Positions 27,342-35,433 of a stretch of 41,364 nt of DNA are shown piece by piece. Both the position numbers and the translations under genes were made by a program. Below the pieces are notes generated by a model. That model had not been told where the DNA came from and made no database searches. It was given only the letters and a program-made list of their open reading frames with translations. How positions within the stretch are numbered: position 1 is the first letter of the stretch; each line of letters opens with the position of its first letter. The DNA is from an uncultured euryarchaeote (GTDB lineage: Archaea; Thermoplasmatota; Poseidoniia; Poseidoniales; Poseidoniaceae): positions 1 to 41,364 of the forward strand of contig CAXDRT010000003.1 of the NCBI GenBank assembly GCA_963991835.1, read 5' to 3'.

Positions 27342-29701
27342 GACTCGTTGACTAACTCAGCATCCATAACTGGGCTTCCGCCGATAACGCCTGCTCGCTT
27401 GAAGAGAGCATAGATTCCATATCCGATACCAACGTTCAATCCGATGAAACCAGCCATACGACCGATGTACCATCCAGAACTATCTGGATTTGATACAAGC
27501 GTATCAATGAACGAAAGGATACTTGATTCTGTACCGAAGAATGCTTCACCTGTTAATAATCCAGCAGCGACCATGAAGGTGCTCAAGAGAATAAGTGCAC
27601 GCTTCTTTTCAGCAGCAGTAGCTCCTTCTTCTTCCTTAATGGCTTCAATTTTAGGCTTGAGTTTTCGCTCTTCCCATTTATCACGACTGACTCCACCAAT
27701 AAGCATTGGAAGCGTATGAGGTACGTCAAGGTACATACCGAGACCGAATGAAGTACCCATACCAGTAACCCATTCAACAAACATACCCAATAGGAATCCA
27801 ATTCCGAGTAGATAGAGATCGCCTTGACCTTCTGCAAAAATGACAGAGAATGTAGCGAATGCGTTTGCCTGTGGTGCGATTAAATCGATTCTTCCTTCTG
27901 CAAGTTGAATCGATAGGAAGATTGCAACTGCAGCACCTATGATTGCTCCAGGAACAACACCCATGATATTACCCTTTGAAATGTGATACGGACGGTTACC
28001 AATGTACAAACTGTTTTTGTAATCTCCAATGACGGTTCCCGACATAGAAATCGCCGAACCAAATACTGTTGTTCCAACCAATCCAAGTAGAACAGCGTCT
28101 TGCTTTGACAACCCAAGTGCACTGTCGAAATTCAGGAACAAACCAAGGAGCATCAATAGGACGATGAAAGATGTACCCGAAACTGGTTCAATACCTGTTT
28201 CACCCATAACACGAACTGCGATAGCACCCAAAAGGAAGGTGGTGAGGATAAGTACAGTAGCAAAAATAAACGCTGCAGCAATCGGGAAACCACCAACCCA
28301 GAAGATGAGAATCATCGAAAGGAACGTCAATCCCATGAAGATTGGAATATGCATAAGAGGCCATTCATACCAACCCTTACCTTCCATGTATTCTTGGGAC
28401 CCTTCACCTTTGAAGGCAGATCCAATATCCTTGAAGATGTTAGCAAACGTTCTCCACATCTTTGCAAGTCCGAACATACCACCTCCGACAATTGAACCGA
28501 TAGCGATTGTTCGAACAGTCTTAGAGAAGGCAATCATCTGAAGCGCTTTGCCTCCATCTGCTGCGTAGTCTTGGATCGGCACATTTGCCTGTAACGTTGC
28601 GTCGTATACAGGGAAGTTACTGTACACTGCAAGTGGCACCAAGAAGAACCAACCAACAAGTGTTCCAAGATTAACAAGGAACGCTACACGAGTCTTCATG
28701 AACCAACCAATTGCAAACATCGATGGAGTTAATGCGACACCAACATAGGTGTAAGCGAATGGATTCCATGCACTATCTTCTGACCATTGCGTGTATTTCT
28801 TTGATGATCCGTCTTCATAGATTCCAGCTGGTTGGTGAATTTTTCCTGCACTGTAGAATGATGCAAGTCCAACATCACCAATGTGTAAGGTCTCTGCTAG
28901 ATAGTCCATAACGGACAGTTTCTTGTCAGATAACCAAATCAGTGGATATTCAATAAGGAACATTCCTATCATCGTAACACCGGTCCATAAACCGATGGTT
29001 TTCAGTGACTCACGAGCGTGTTCAACCGCCCCTGTATTTACATCAGAAGCAATGTCCAACATTTTGAGTGTAGCTTCGAAACCAGGCAATGGTAGCGGAT
29101 CTTCGACAAGCCATACACGTCTGAAAATAATGAAGTACATAACGCCCAAGAATCCTGCGAACATTGAGGCTACAATAGCGATAAATGCTAACCTAAAGGC
29201 CTCTCCATCCTCCAACGTAATCAAAGGCCCGTCGGCCAACGAGTACTGGGCTTTCGAAGCCAATAGGAAGATTGCAGGGAAGGTAAAGATGAATCCTGTA
29301 GATGCGTGTGTTGCACCTGTTGTGGCTGAAGTGGCAATGTTGACCTCGGAAGGAGACCATTTGAGCGCCATCCCTAGAAGGTACGCAATATACCAAGCGG
29401 CTGAAATTGCTAATCCAAGTTTGAGGCCGATGTATGCAGTAACACCAGAAAATACAGCACCGATTGCAATACCCAGCAACACTTTTGGTGAGGACCAATG
29501 CGATACCTCAAAGGATTCTTCGAGGTTTTTCTCTTCCAAGTATTGTTCAAGAACACCAGTGTTGAGATTGTTGTACATCTCATCATCGAGCCAGGTAAGA
29601 GTTCCATCCTCTATGGCCTTGAGACCCTTTGCAGTAACGGGTTGCCGATAGGCTGACCGTTGTACTGTCGAACCTTCTTTTAGTTCATTTTCAGCAGCCA
29701 T
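27338..29701 (-). CDS. OPT/YSL family oligopeptide transporter
   Basis: YIGLKLG, EVNI, GFIFTFPA, PVSG, APQA, GLGMY and AAGL..GE motifs; start MAAENE after GAGGGG. Confidence 0.88.
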   Translation of the reverse strand: MAAENELKEGSTVQRSAYRQPVTAKGLKAIEDGTLTWLDDEMYNNLNTGVLEQYLEEKNLEESFEVSHWSSPKVLLGIAIGAVFSGVTAYIGLKLGLAISAAWYIAYLLGMALKWSPSEVNIATSATTGATHASTGFIFTFPAIFLLASKAQYSLADGPLITLEDGEAFRLAFIAIVASMFAGFLGVMYFIIFRRVWLVEDPLPLPGFEATLKMLDIASDVNTGAVEHARESLKTIGLWTGVTMIGMFLIEYPLIWLSDKKLSVMDYLAETLHIGDVGLASFYSAGKIHQPAGIYEDGSSKKYTQWSEDSAWNPFAYTYVGVALTPSMFAIGWFMKTRVAFLVNLGTLVGWFFLVPLAVYSNFPVYDATLQANVPIQDYAADGGKALQMIAFSKTVRTIAIGSIVGGGMFGLAKMWRTFANIFKDIGSAFKGEGSQEYMEGKGWYEWPLMHIPIFMGLTFLSMILIFWVGGFPIAAAFIFATVLILTTFLLGAIAVRVMGETGIEPVSGTSFIVLLMLLGLFLNFDSALGLSKQDAVLLGLVGTTVFGSAISMSGTVIGDYKNSLYIGNRPYHISKGNIMGVVPGAIIGAAVAIFLSIQLAEGRIDLIAPQANAFATFSVIFAEGQGDLYLLGIGFLLGMFVEWVTGMGTSFGLGMYLDVPHTLPMLIGGVSRDKWEERKLKPKIEAIKEEEGATAAEKKRALILLSTFMVAAGLLTGEAFFGTESSILSFIDTLVSNPDSSGWYIGRMAGFIGLNVGIGYGIYALFKRAGVIGGSPVMDAELVNES

Positions 29702-29775
29702 GGTATCCCCCTCTGATTGGCTGGTAACGCGGACACTTGAATACAATTCCCCTTGTTTGCCTGATAAAAATGCGT

Positions 29776-29790
29776 AAGAGGGTTTATTCA
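29776..29790 (+). promoter_or_regulatory. Putative BRE/TATA-like promoter for the SLOG gene
   Basis: AAGAGGG-TTTATT, starting 29 nt before ATG 29812. Confidence 0.45.
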
Positions 29791-29811
29791 TTTCTACGGT
29801 GATGGATACTC

Positions 29812-30267
29812 ATGAGCGGAAAGACAGGGGCGGTTGAACTCGGCCGGCTAGGTGGAAAAGATTTGAACAATGATGGAAAAATAATCAATCTCGTTGTTGT
29901 AGGTTCAAGTCGCTATTATGACTATTCAGTAATCGAGGAAATTCTTGATCAGTGGATTGAACTTGAAGGCTATCCAGACATTATTATCGTTGGTGGTGCA
30001 AGTGGAGTTGATTATTTAGCAGAGCGATGGGCGAATAACAACAATATTCCATTTGTAGTCTTTTCAGAAATGTGGTCAAAACCACGCCCTGGGCTTGAAG
30101 ATTCAGGGCGAGGAGAAGCTCCTACTGACTTGACAGACAAACTTCTTGATGCTGCAACTCACGTTCTTGCTTTCGAAAGTAAAACCAGTAAATGGACAAA
30201 GATTGTTGCTGAAATGGCAAATGAAATCGGTTTACCGACCTACGTGTATCACTTGGAAGAATCTTGA
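29812..30267 (+). CDS. SLOG superfamily protein (DUF2493/YspA-like)
   Basis: VVGSSR, GGASGVD.LAERWA and VLAF motifs. Confidence 0.78.
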   Translation: MSGKTGAVELGRLGGKDLNNDGKIINLVVVGSSRYYDYSVIEEILDQWIELEGYPDIIIVGGASGVDYLAERWANNNNIPFVVFSEMWSKPRPGLEDSGRGEAPTDLTDKLLDAATHVLAFESKTSKWTKIVAEMANEIGLPTYVYHLEES

Positions 30268-30968
30268 TTCTTGTAAATGAAACGAGCAGGAATTCCTCCC
30301 CATGTTTCATCATCTGGAATAACTCTTCGTTTTGGAAGTACTGCGCGACTGGCAAGAACACTTTGATTTCCAATTCGCGAACCAGGTCCAACCATTGAAC
30401 TGCCCCCAACAAGTGCCGAATGTCCAATTGTAACCTTTTCTAGAACAATCGTGTTTCTTTCAACGAGGTGGCCATTGATTGTGGCACCTCCTCCTATCAC
30501 GACGTTATCTCCAATCTCAACCAAAGAGGGATCGTTAAGCGCTATCGTGTTGATATTGACATTTTTACCAATTTTACAACCTGCCAAACGGTAGTATCCG
30601 TTTGCCAAGAATGAAGGAACAACATGCGCCAAAAAGGGATGTGTTGAACGATGCAACTGCCCACAAATCGCCCATCGTATTGTCGTTAATGATGCGAGAG
30701 GTGCTTCGATTTTATCCTCAAATCTCAGGTGTACAATAAATTGTAAAAAGCCTGAAAGAAGTAACAAAAAGAATCCCCAAACTAAGAATGCAATCGAAGC
30801 GGAAAATCCTGTAATCGCTAAATCAATCCATCCACGATCGTTTGCTCCATATGCATCCAGATAATCAAACACATAGAGAGCAGGAGCGATTGGAAGCCCC
30901 CAAACAACACCCATCATTAGGATTAGACATATCGTAAGAAAGGCCTGTATTCGGGTAAAACCCTTCAT
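30249..30968 (-). CDS. Membrane-anchored left-handed beta-helix (hexapeptide) acyltransferase-like protein
   Basis: Two N-terminal TMs; RLAGCKIGKNV, DP.LVEIGDNVVIG and WGGIPA. Confidence 0.8.
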   Translation of the reverse strand: MKGFTRIQAFLTICLILMMGVVWGLPIAPALYVFDYLDAYGANDRGWIDLAITGFSASIAFLVWGFFLLLLSGFLQFIVHLRFEDKIEAPLASLTTIRWAICGQLHRSTHPFLAHVVPSFLANGYYRLAGCKIGKNVNINTIALNDPSLVEIGDNVVIGGGATINGHLVERNTIVLEKVTIGHSALVGGSSMVGPGSRIGNQSVLASRAVLPKRRVIPDDETWGGIPARFIYKNQDSSK

Positions 30969-30996
30969 ACCCAATCACCACAATTCAATCCTGAGT

Positions 30997-33045
30997 TCAT
31001 TCAGTTGAATCTGCTTCATTGAGCAATCCATAGGCCCGAGCATCTTCTTCTTCAGCGACTCGAATTCCTTCCTCAAGGTCGACTCGGCTTGTTAGGAACG
31101 TACCAGCAAGAATCACGATAGTGATGCTCAGAATTGCAACACGGCTATCGAAAGTTGTACTTGCAACGGCATAGAGTGCAGTACCAATCATTGCGGCTGA
31201 CTTTCCTAGGAATCCAAAGAATCCAAAGAATTCAGACGCTCTTGACTTCGGCGTAAGTTGGGAGAACATCGATCGTGCTTGAGCGCCTGCGGAACCCATA
31301 GCACAACCAACAAACAATCCAAGAATAATCCATTGCATAGAAACACCAAGGCCAAGAGGCTCCCAGACATAATCTCTCATTGTCTTTGCCCACCAATCAA
31401 TCATACCACCTTGTTCGACCTGTGTCGGGTGCGTATCTCCTACTTCTGACGAACCAGCAATTGATTCGTTACCACCAATGATGATAATTGAGAAACGATG
31501 ATCGTTTGTGTTGTTAAATTCTGCAACTAATGCAGTAGCATTACCTTCGCTGATGTATTTTATCTCATCTTTATCCTCAGTCGCTTGTTCTGCTAGGAAT
31601 GATGCTCCAAAGACACCGACTCCAACCAACAAGAACGCTGCAAAGACGCCCATTATGCCCAACTCTGCTCTTTGAATGAACATAATACCTGTACCAAATA
31701 TTCCGACAAATGCTAGGATGAAGAGACATACGAGGATGCCTTTACCCAATGTGCTTGAACCAGATGCTTCTACACTGTAATCAGTCTCTGGGAAGTGTTC
31801 TTGGAATGCATCTCTAAATTCTGCATCTCCAGCAGAATCTTCTGCAATCCAGCCTTCATATCCACGATCATACAGAGTTGTGAGTTCATAGATTCCGTCA
31901 TCTGTTGTGTTGTCTCCATCAGGATTGTCGTTCCACTCGAATTGGAAATCATAGCGTGCTGCATCTTCCTCTCCTTCGAGTTCGAGTGGTGCAAAACCAG
32001 CAGCAGTGACTGAAACAGCAGAGTAGATGATAAGCGCAAGCATCAAAGCAAACTTTGTACCCTTCTTTTCTGCAAGTTTACCGAAAACAAAAGTCATAGG
32101 AACTGCTACGACGTTAACTGTAAGAAGCAAAATAACGTTCATGCTTGGGTTCAAACGCAGAATCGATTCACCAAATGCACTTGCCATACTTGCGATTGTG
32201 TTTACACCATCATAAAACAAAAGATAGGCGATGAGGAAAAAGGCCAAGACCTTGAATTTACGAATTTCCTTTGCCGTGGTGTATACTTGACCATATGCAA
32301 GCTTTGTGGCCCCGAGTACTCGTTGGAAATTATTCTTACCAAAACTGTTCCATTCGACATGTTCTGCAATTTCCGGTTCAGGAGTCCACTGGAAGATGAG
32401 TGCTCCAAAGCCCCACCACCACAATGAAGAAGTCACAAAGATGACTGCGAGTTTGAAATCTGTGTCCCAATTAAGACCTAGGAGAACCACGAGATGGAAG
32501 ATGAGAAGCATTGAGCCTCCCATGAAACCGTACATGTAACCCCAAGTTGAGACCTTGTCCTGATCTTCTCTCTTACCGAGATAAGGCATGAAGGAATAAT
32601 AGATGACGTTACCACCTGTAAATCCAATTGTACCAATTGTGAACATTACAGCTAGCACAATATATCCATCAGATCCAAAGTATGGGGCAGCACCCATAAG
32701 GGCAGTAAATGCAATACCAGCAACAGTATACCATTTCAACAGTTTCTTCTTAATCGGCATTTTATCTGCAATGACACCCAAAGCAGGGGCAGTTGCAACA
32801 ACAAAGACCATCGAAAACGTAAGAATTGTTGCATAAAATGTGTCTCCAGATTGAGTACCAGTAGCCTTATTGTACAAACTTGCCATCAATGCTGGAGCGA
32901 TAACAGTCATAACAGTTAGTGCATATGCTTGGTTTGCCCAATCAAAGAAATACCAGCCTTTCAAAGCTCTTTCTTCATCAGCAGGAAGTGGTTTATTCAC
33001 ATCCAATGGTGAATTGATTTGTGTAGATTCTATAACTTCGCTCAT
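30997..33045 (-). CDS. MFS transporter, UMF1/ATG22-like, with large insertion
   Basis: W..FDWAN, G..AD, YDGVNT, ARS.FS.L.P and EFFGF...GK motifs. Confidence 0.88.
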   Translation of the reverse strand: MSEVIESTQINSPLDVNKPLPADEERALKGWYFFDWANQAYALTVMTVIAPALMASLYNKATGTQSGDTFYATILTFSMVFVVATAPALGVIADKMPIKKKLLKWYTVAGIAFTALMGAAPYFGSDGYIVLAVMFTIGTIGFTGGNVIYYSFMPYLGKREDQDKVSTWGYMYGFMGGSMLLIFHLVVLLGLNWDTDFKLAVIFVTSSLWWWGFGALIFQWTPEPEIAEHVEWNSFGKNNFQRVLGATKLAYGQVYTTAKEIRKFKVLAFFLIAYLLFYDGVNTIASMASAFGESILRLNPSMNVILLLTVNVVAVPMTFVFGKLAEKKGTKFALMLALIIYSAVSVTAAGFAPLELEGEEDAARYDFQFEWNDNPDGDNTTDDGIYELTTLYDRGYEGWIAEDSAGDAEFRDAFQEHFPETDYSVEASGSSTLGKGILVCLFILAFVGIFGTGIMFIQRAELGIMGVFAAFLLVGVGVFGASFLAEQATEDKDEIKYISEGNATALVAEFNNTNDHRFSIIIIGGNESIAGSSEVGDTHPTQVEQGGMIDWWAKTMRDYVWEPLGLGVSMQWIILGLFVGCAMGSAGAQARSMFSQLTPKSRASEFFGFFGFLGKSAAMIGTALYAVASTTFDSRVAILSITIVILAGTFLTSRVDLEEGIRVAEEEDARAYGLLNEADSTE

Positions 33046-33167
33046 GGTATCCCTAACTACACCTAATCCTACATGGTTTATGAAAAGCGACCCTACAATT
33101 GAACAAAAATTATCAAATTAGGCTAAGGTTACAAAATTTCAAACCAAAGATAACATCTGGCCTGACC

Positions 33168-34163
33168 ATGAGCGAATCATTCAAGCGAGTTCTTGTCACA
33201 GGTTGTACAGGATTTCTCGGACGCCAGGTCACAAGTGAATTTCTTTCAAGAGGTTATTTCGTTCGGGGTACAACTCGTGCGAAATCAGAACACTATCAAG
33301 AAATCATGAAGGATTTCAATGCAGGAGATCGTTTTGAAGTTTGCACAACTGATTTACTTTCAGATGATGAATGGATGCAGGCAATGGAGGGAATTGATGC
33401 TGTAATCCATACAGCGTCCCCTTTTTCTGCTCAAGAACCCAAGGATGAGCAAGTCCTCATTCGTCCTGCTCGGGAAGGTACTGTAAGAGTTCTAACTCAT
33501 GCTTACAATGCAGGTATCCGTAAATTTGTGATCACATCATCAACTGCGGCGATCTCTGGAGCAACTCCAACAAAAAAGAATCAGACCTACACTCACGAGA
33601 ACTGGACCGATCTTCAACAGGATGTATCTGCTTATACGAAGAGCAAAACCTTGGCAGAAAAAGCCGCTTGGAAATTTATAGAACAGCACCCAGATGCCCA
33701 ATTAACAACAGTCAATCCAAACGTAATCTTTGGCCCATTGCATAGTGGTAGGTCAGGCACATCATTACGAATCATTGAATCAATTATCAGTAGTTCATAC
33801 CCTGGATTCCCAAAGATCAGTTTTGCACCCGTCGATGTTCGAGATGTTGCTTGGATGCATGCTGAAGCGTTAGAGAACGAACATCTCGTAGGTGAACGAT
33901 TGATGATGTCATCAACTCCGATTACAATGCCTCAAATTGCTCGTATTCTCAAAGAAAAAGGCTGGAAGGTCACGACAAGAACACTGCCAAATTTCGTTGT
34001 TCGATTTATGGCTCTCTTCATCAAAGAAGCCCGTCTCATAACAAGTGGGCTAGGAACAACGAGTTACTACGACTGTTCAAACACACAAAACAAGACTGGA
34101 TGGGTCTCAAAATCTCACGAAGAGATGGTACTATCTGCTGCTGAATCACTCAAAGATCAATGA
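33168..34163 (+). CDS. Extended SDR / NAD-dependent epimerase-reductase (aldehyde reductase II-like)
   Basis: TGCTGFLG, HTASP, TSS, Y.KSK.LAEKAAW and VDVRDVA motifs. Confidence 0.9.
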   Translation: MSESFKRVLVTGCTGFLGRQVTSEFLSRGYFVRGTTRAKSEHYQEIMKDFNAGDRFEVCTTDLLSDDEWMQAMEGIDAVIHTASPFSAQEPKDEQVLIRPAREGTVRVLTHAYNAGIRKFVITSSTAAISGATPTKKNQTYTHENWTDLQQDVSAYTKSKTLAEKAAWKFIEQHPDAQLTTVNPNVIFGPLHSGRSGTSLRIIESIISSSYPGFPKISFAPVDVRDVAWMHAEALENEHLVGERLMMSSTPITMPQIARILKEKGWKVTTRTLPNFVVRFMALFIKEARLITSGLGTTSYYDCSNTQNKTGWVSKSHEEMVLSAAESLKDQ

Positions 34164-34546
34164 TCGCGAATAATGATGTAACGACCAAGTGCTTCTTGCC
34201 ACATGATTTCTTTACCAGCTTCGATGTTCATTCCTTCGCCAGGAAGTGGAAGAATCATCATTGTGTGATCACGCATATTCATTGCATGAACTTCACCATT
34301 ATCGATGTGTGTAACCATTGCGGTTCCTTTTTCGATCATTGGTACGTTAATGGAATCGGTGACAGTTCCAACGTGTGAAATTTTCTTACCAGTAAAAATA
34401 CTTTCAAGAGAGAGACGTGCTTTAGCAGATCCGTGTTTCCCTGGCTTTGATTTTGAAATACTCAAGATTTTGTAAGCTTCTTCGTCAACGACACAAAAAC
34501 GTCCTACTTTTAGTGTACGGATTTCTACTCTGTCAGTTCCTGGCAT
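34157..34546 (-). CDS. eif5a: Translation factor aIF5A
   Basis: Hypusine loop SKPGKHGSAK. Confidence 0.96.
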   Translation of the reverse strand: MPGTDRVEIRTLKVGRFCVVDEEAYKILSISKSKPGKHGSAKARLSLESIFTGKKISHVGTVTDSINVPMIEKGTAMVTHIDNGEVHAMNMRDHTMMILPLPGEGMNIEAGKEIMWQEALGRYIIIRDH

Positions 34547-34600
34547 GAATAAACCGCATAGGTGGTGGCTTAAGACAGTTGGGTTTTCAATTCTTGAATT

Positions 34601-35347
34601 TTACAGTTCTCTGACATCAAAACGCTGTCCAGATTGCTCAAATGTATGAGTTGTAACCAGCGGAAGCAATTTGTTGGCAACATCTGCTGGATTGCTTAGA
34701 TCGCCATTTTCGTAGTAGCCAACAAACGAAGAATGCGATGGGAAATCCTGTGAATCCGCAGAACGTATCTCTTTTTGCATATCCGTATCAACAATTCCAG
34801 GAGCGATTGAAATAGCACTAATTCCGTGGCTTTTTCCCTCTTCTGCTAAGCATCTTGCCCACATATCCTGACCCGCTTTGGCGACACAATACGATGACCA
34901 TGATTCAAGTGGACGTAATGAGGCACCACTTGAAATTGTAGTGACTCTGCAGTGTGTTGAAGCTTTCATCATTGAGTAAACACCTTGAGTTAATCGTTGA
35001 ACACCAATGAGATTGACCTGTATATTTTCGGCCCATGCATCACTCGGGGCTTTGTTCATTGGCATTATTGGTGAAATCATACCTGCGTTGTGTACGATGC
35101 CGTCTAATTGCTGATAATCTCTATTGAGCACTAAAATGGCATCATCAATCGAATCGTTGTTAGATAAATCACAAACGATGGAAGAGGAAGAAGAAGAAAT
35201 GGATCTCACTTTTTCTGTCGATTCTTCCAGCAGAGCGGTATCTCGAGCAAGTAAGATCACATTAAATCCTGATTTGGCTAAACTGAGGGATAATTCCAAT
35301 CCAATACCTTTTGATGCACCCGTCACGAGAAATGTTTTTTGTTCCAT
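34601..35347 (-). CDS. Classical SDR (sepiapterin/benzil reductase-like)
   Basis: TGASKGIG, HNAG, SSGA, YCVAK and PGIVDTDMQ motifs. Confidence 0.9.
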   Translation of the reverse strand: MEQKTFLVTGASKGIGLELSLSLAKSGFNVILLARDTALLEESTEKVRSISSSSSSIVCDLSNNDSIDDAILVLNRDYQQLDGIVHNAGMISPIMPMNKAPSDAWAENIQVNLIGVQRLTQGVYSMMKASTHCRVTTISSGASLRPLESWSSYCVAKAGQDMWARCLAEEGKSHGISAISIAPGIVDTDMQKEIRSADSQDFPSHSSFVGYYENGDLSNPADVANKLLPLVTTHTFEQSGQRFDVREL

Positions 35348-35433
35348 AACAACGCCTGAGAATGAAACTATTGATACTTTTCCAAATTGGAATTCAAACA
35401 GGAGTATATCAGTAAAGGGGGAAAAGAGGAATT

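Noticed and set aside
28923-29651. 242-aa plus-strand ORF (and 170-aa ORF at 28029-28541)
   Set aside because: Antisense shadow of the OPT gene; no motifs or start signals.
35180-35199. GAA-rich microsatellite
   Set aside because: Encodes a short in-frame Ser run in the SDR gene; imperfect, with no sign of phase variation.
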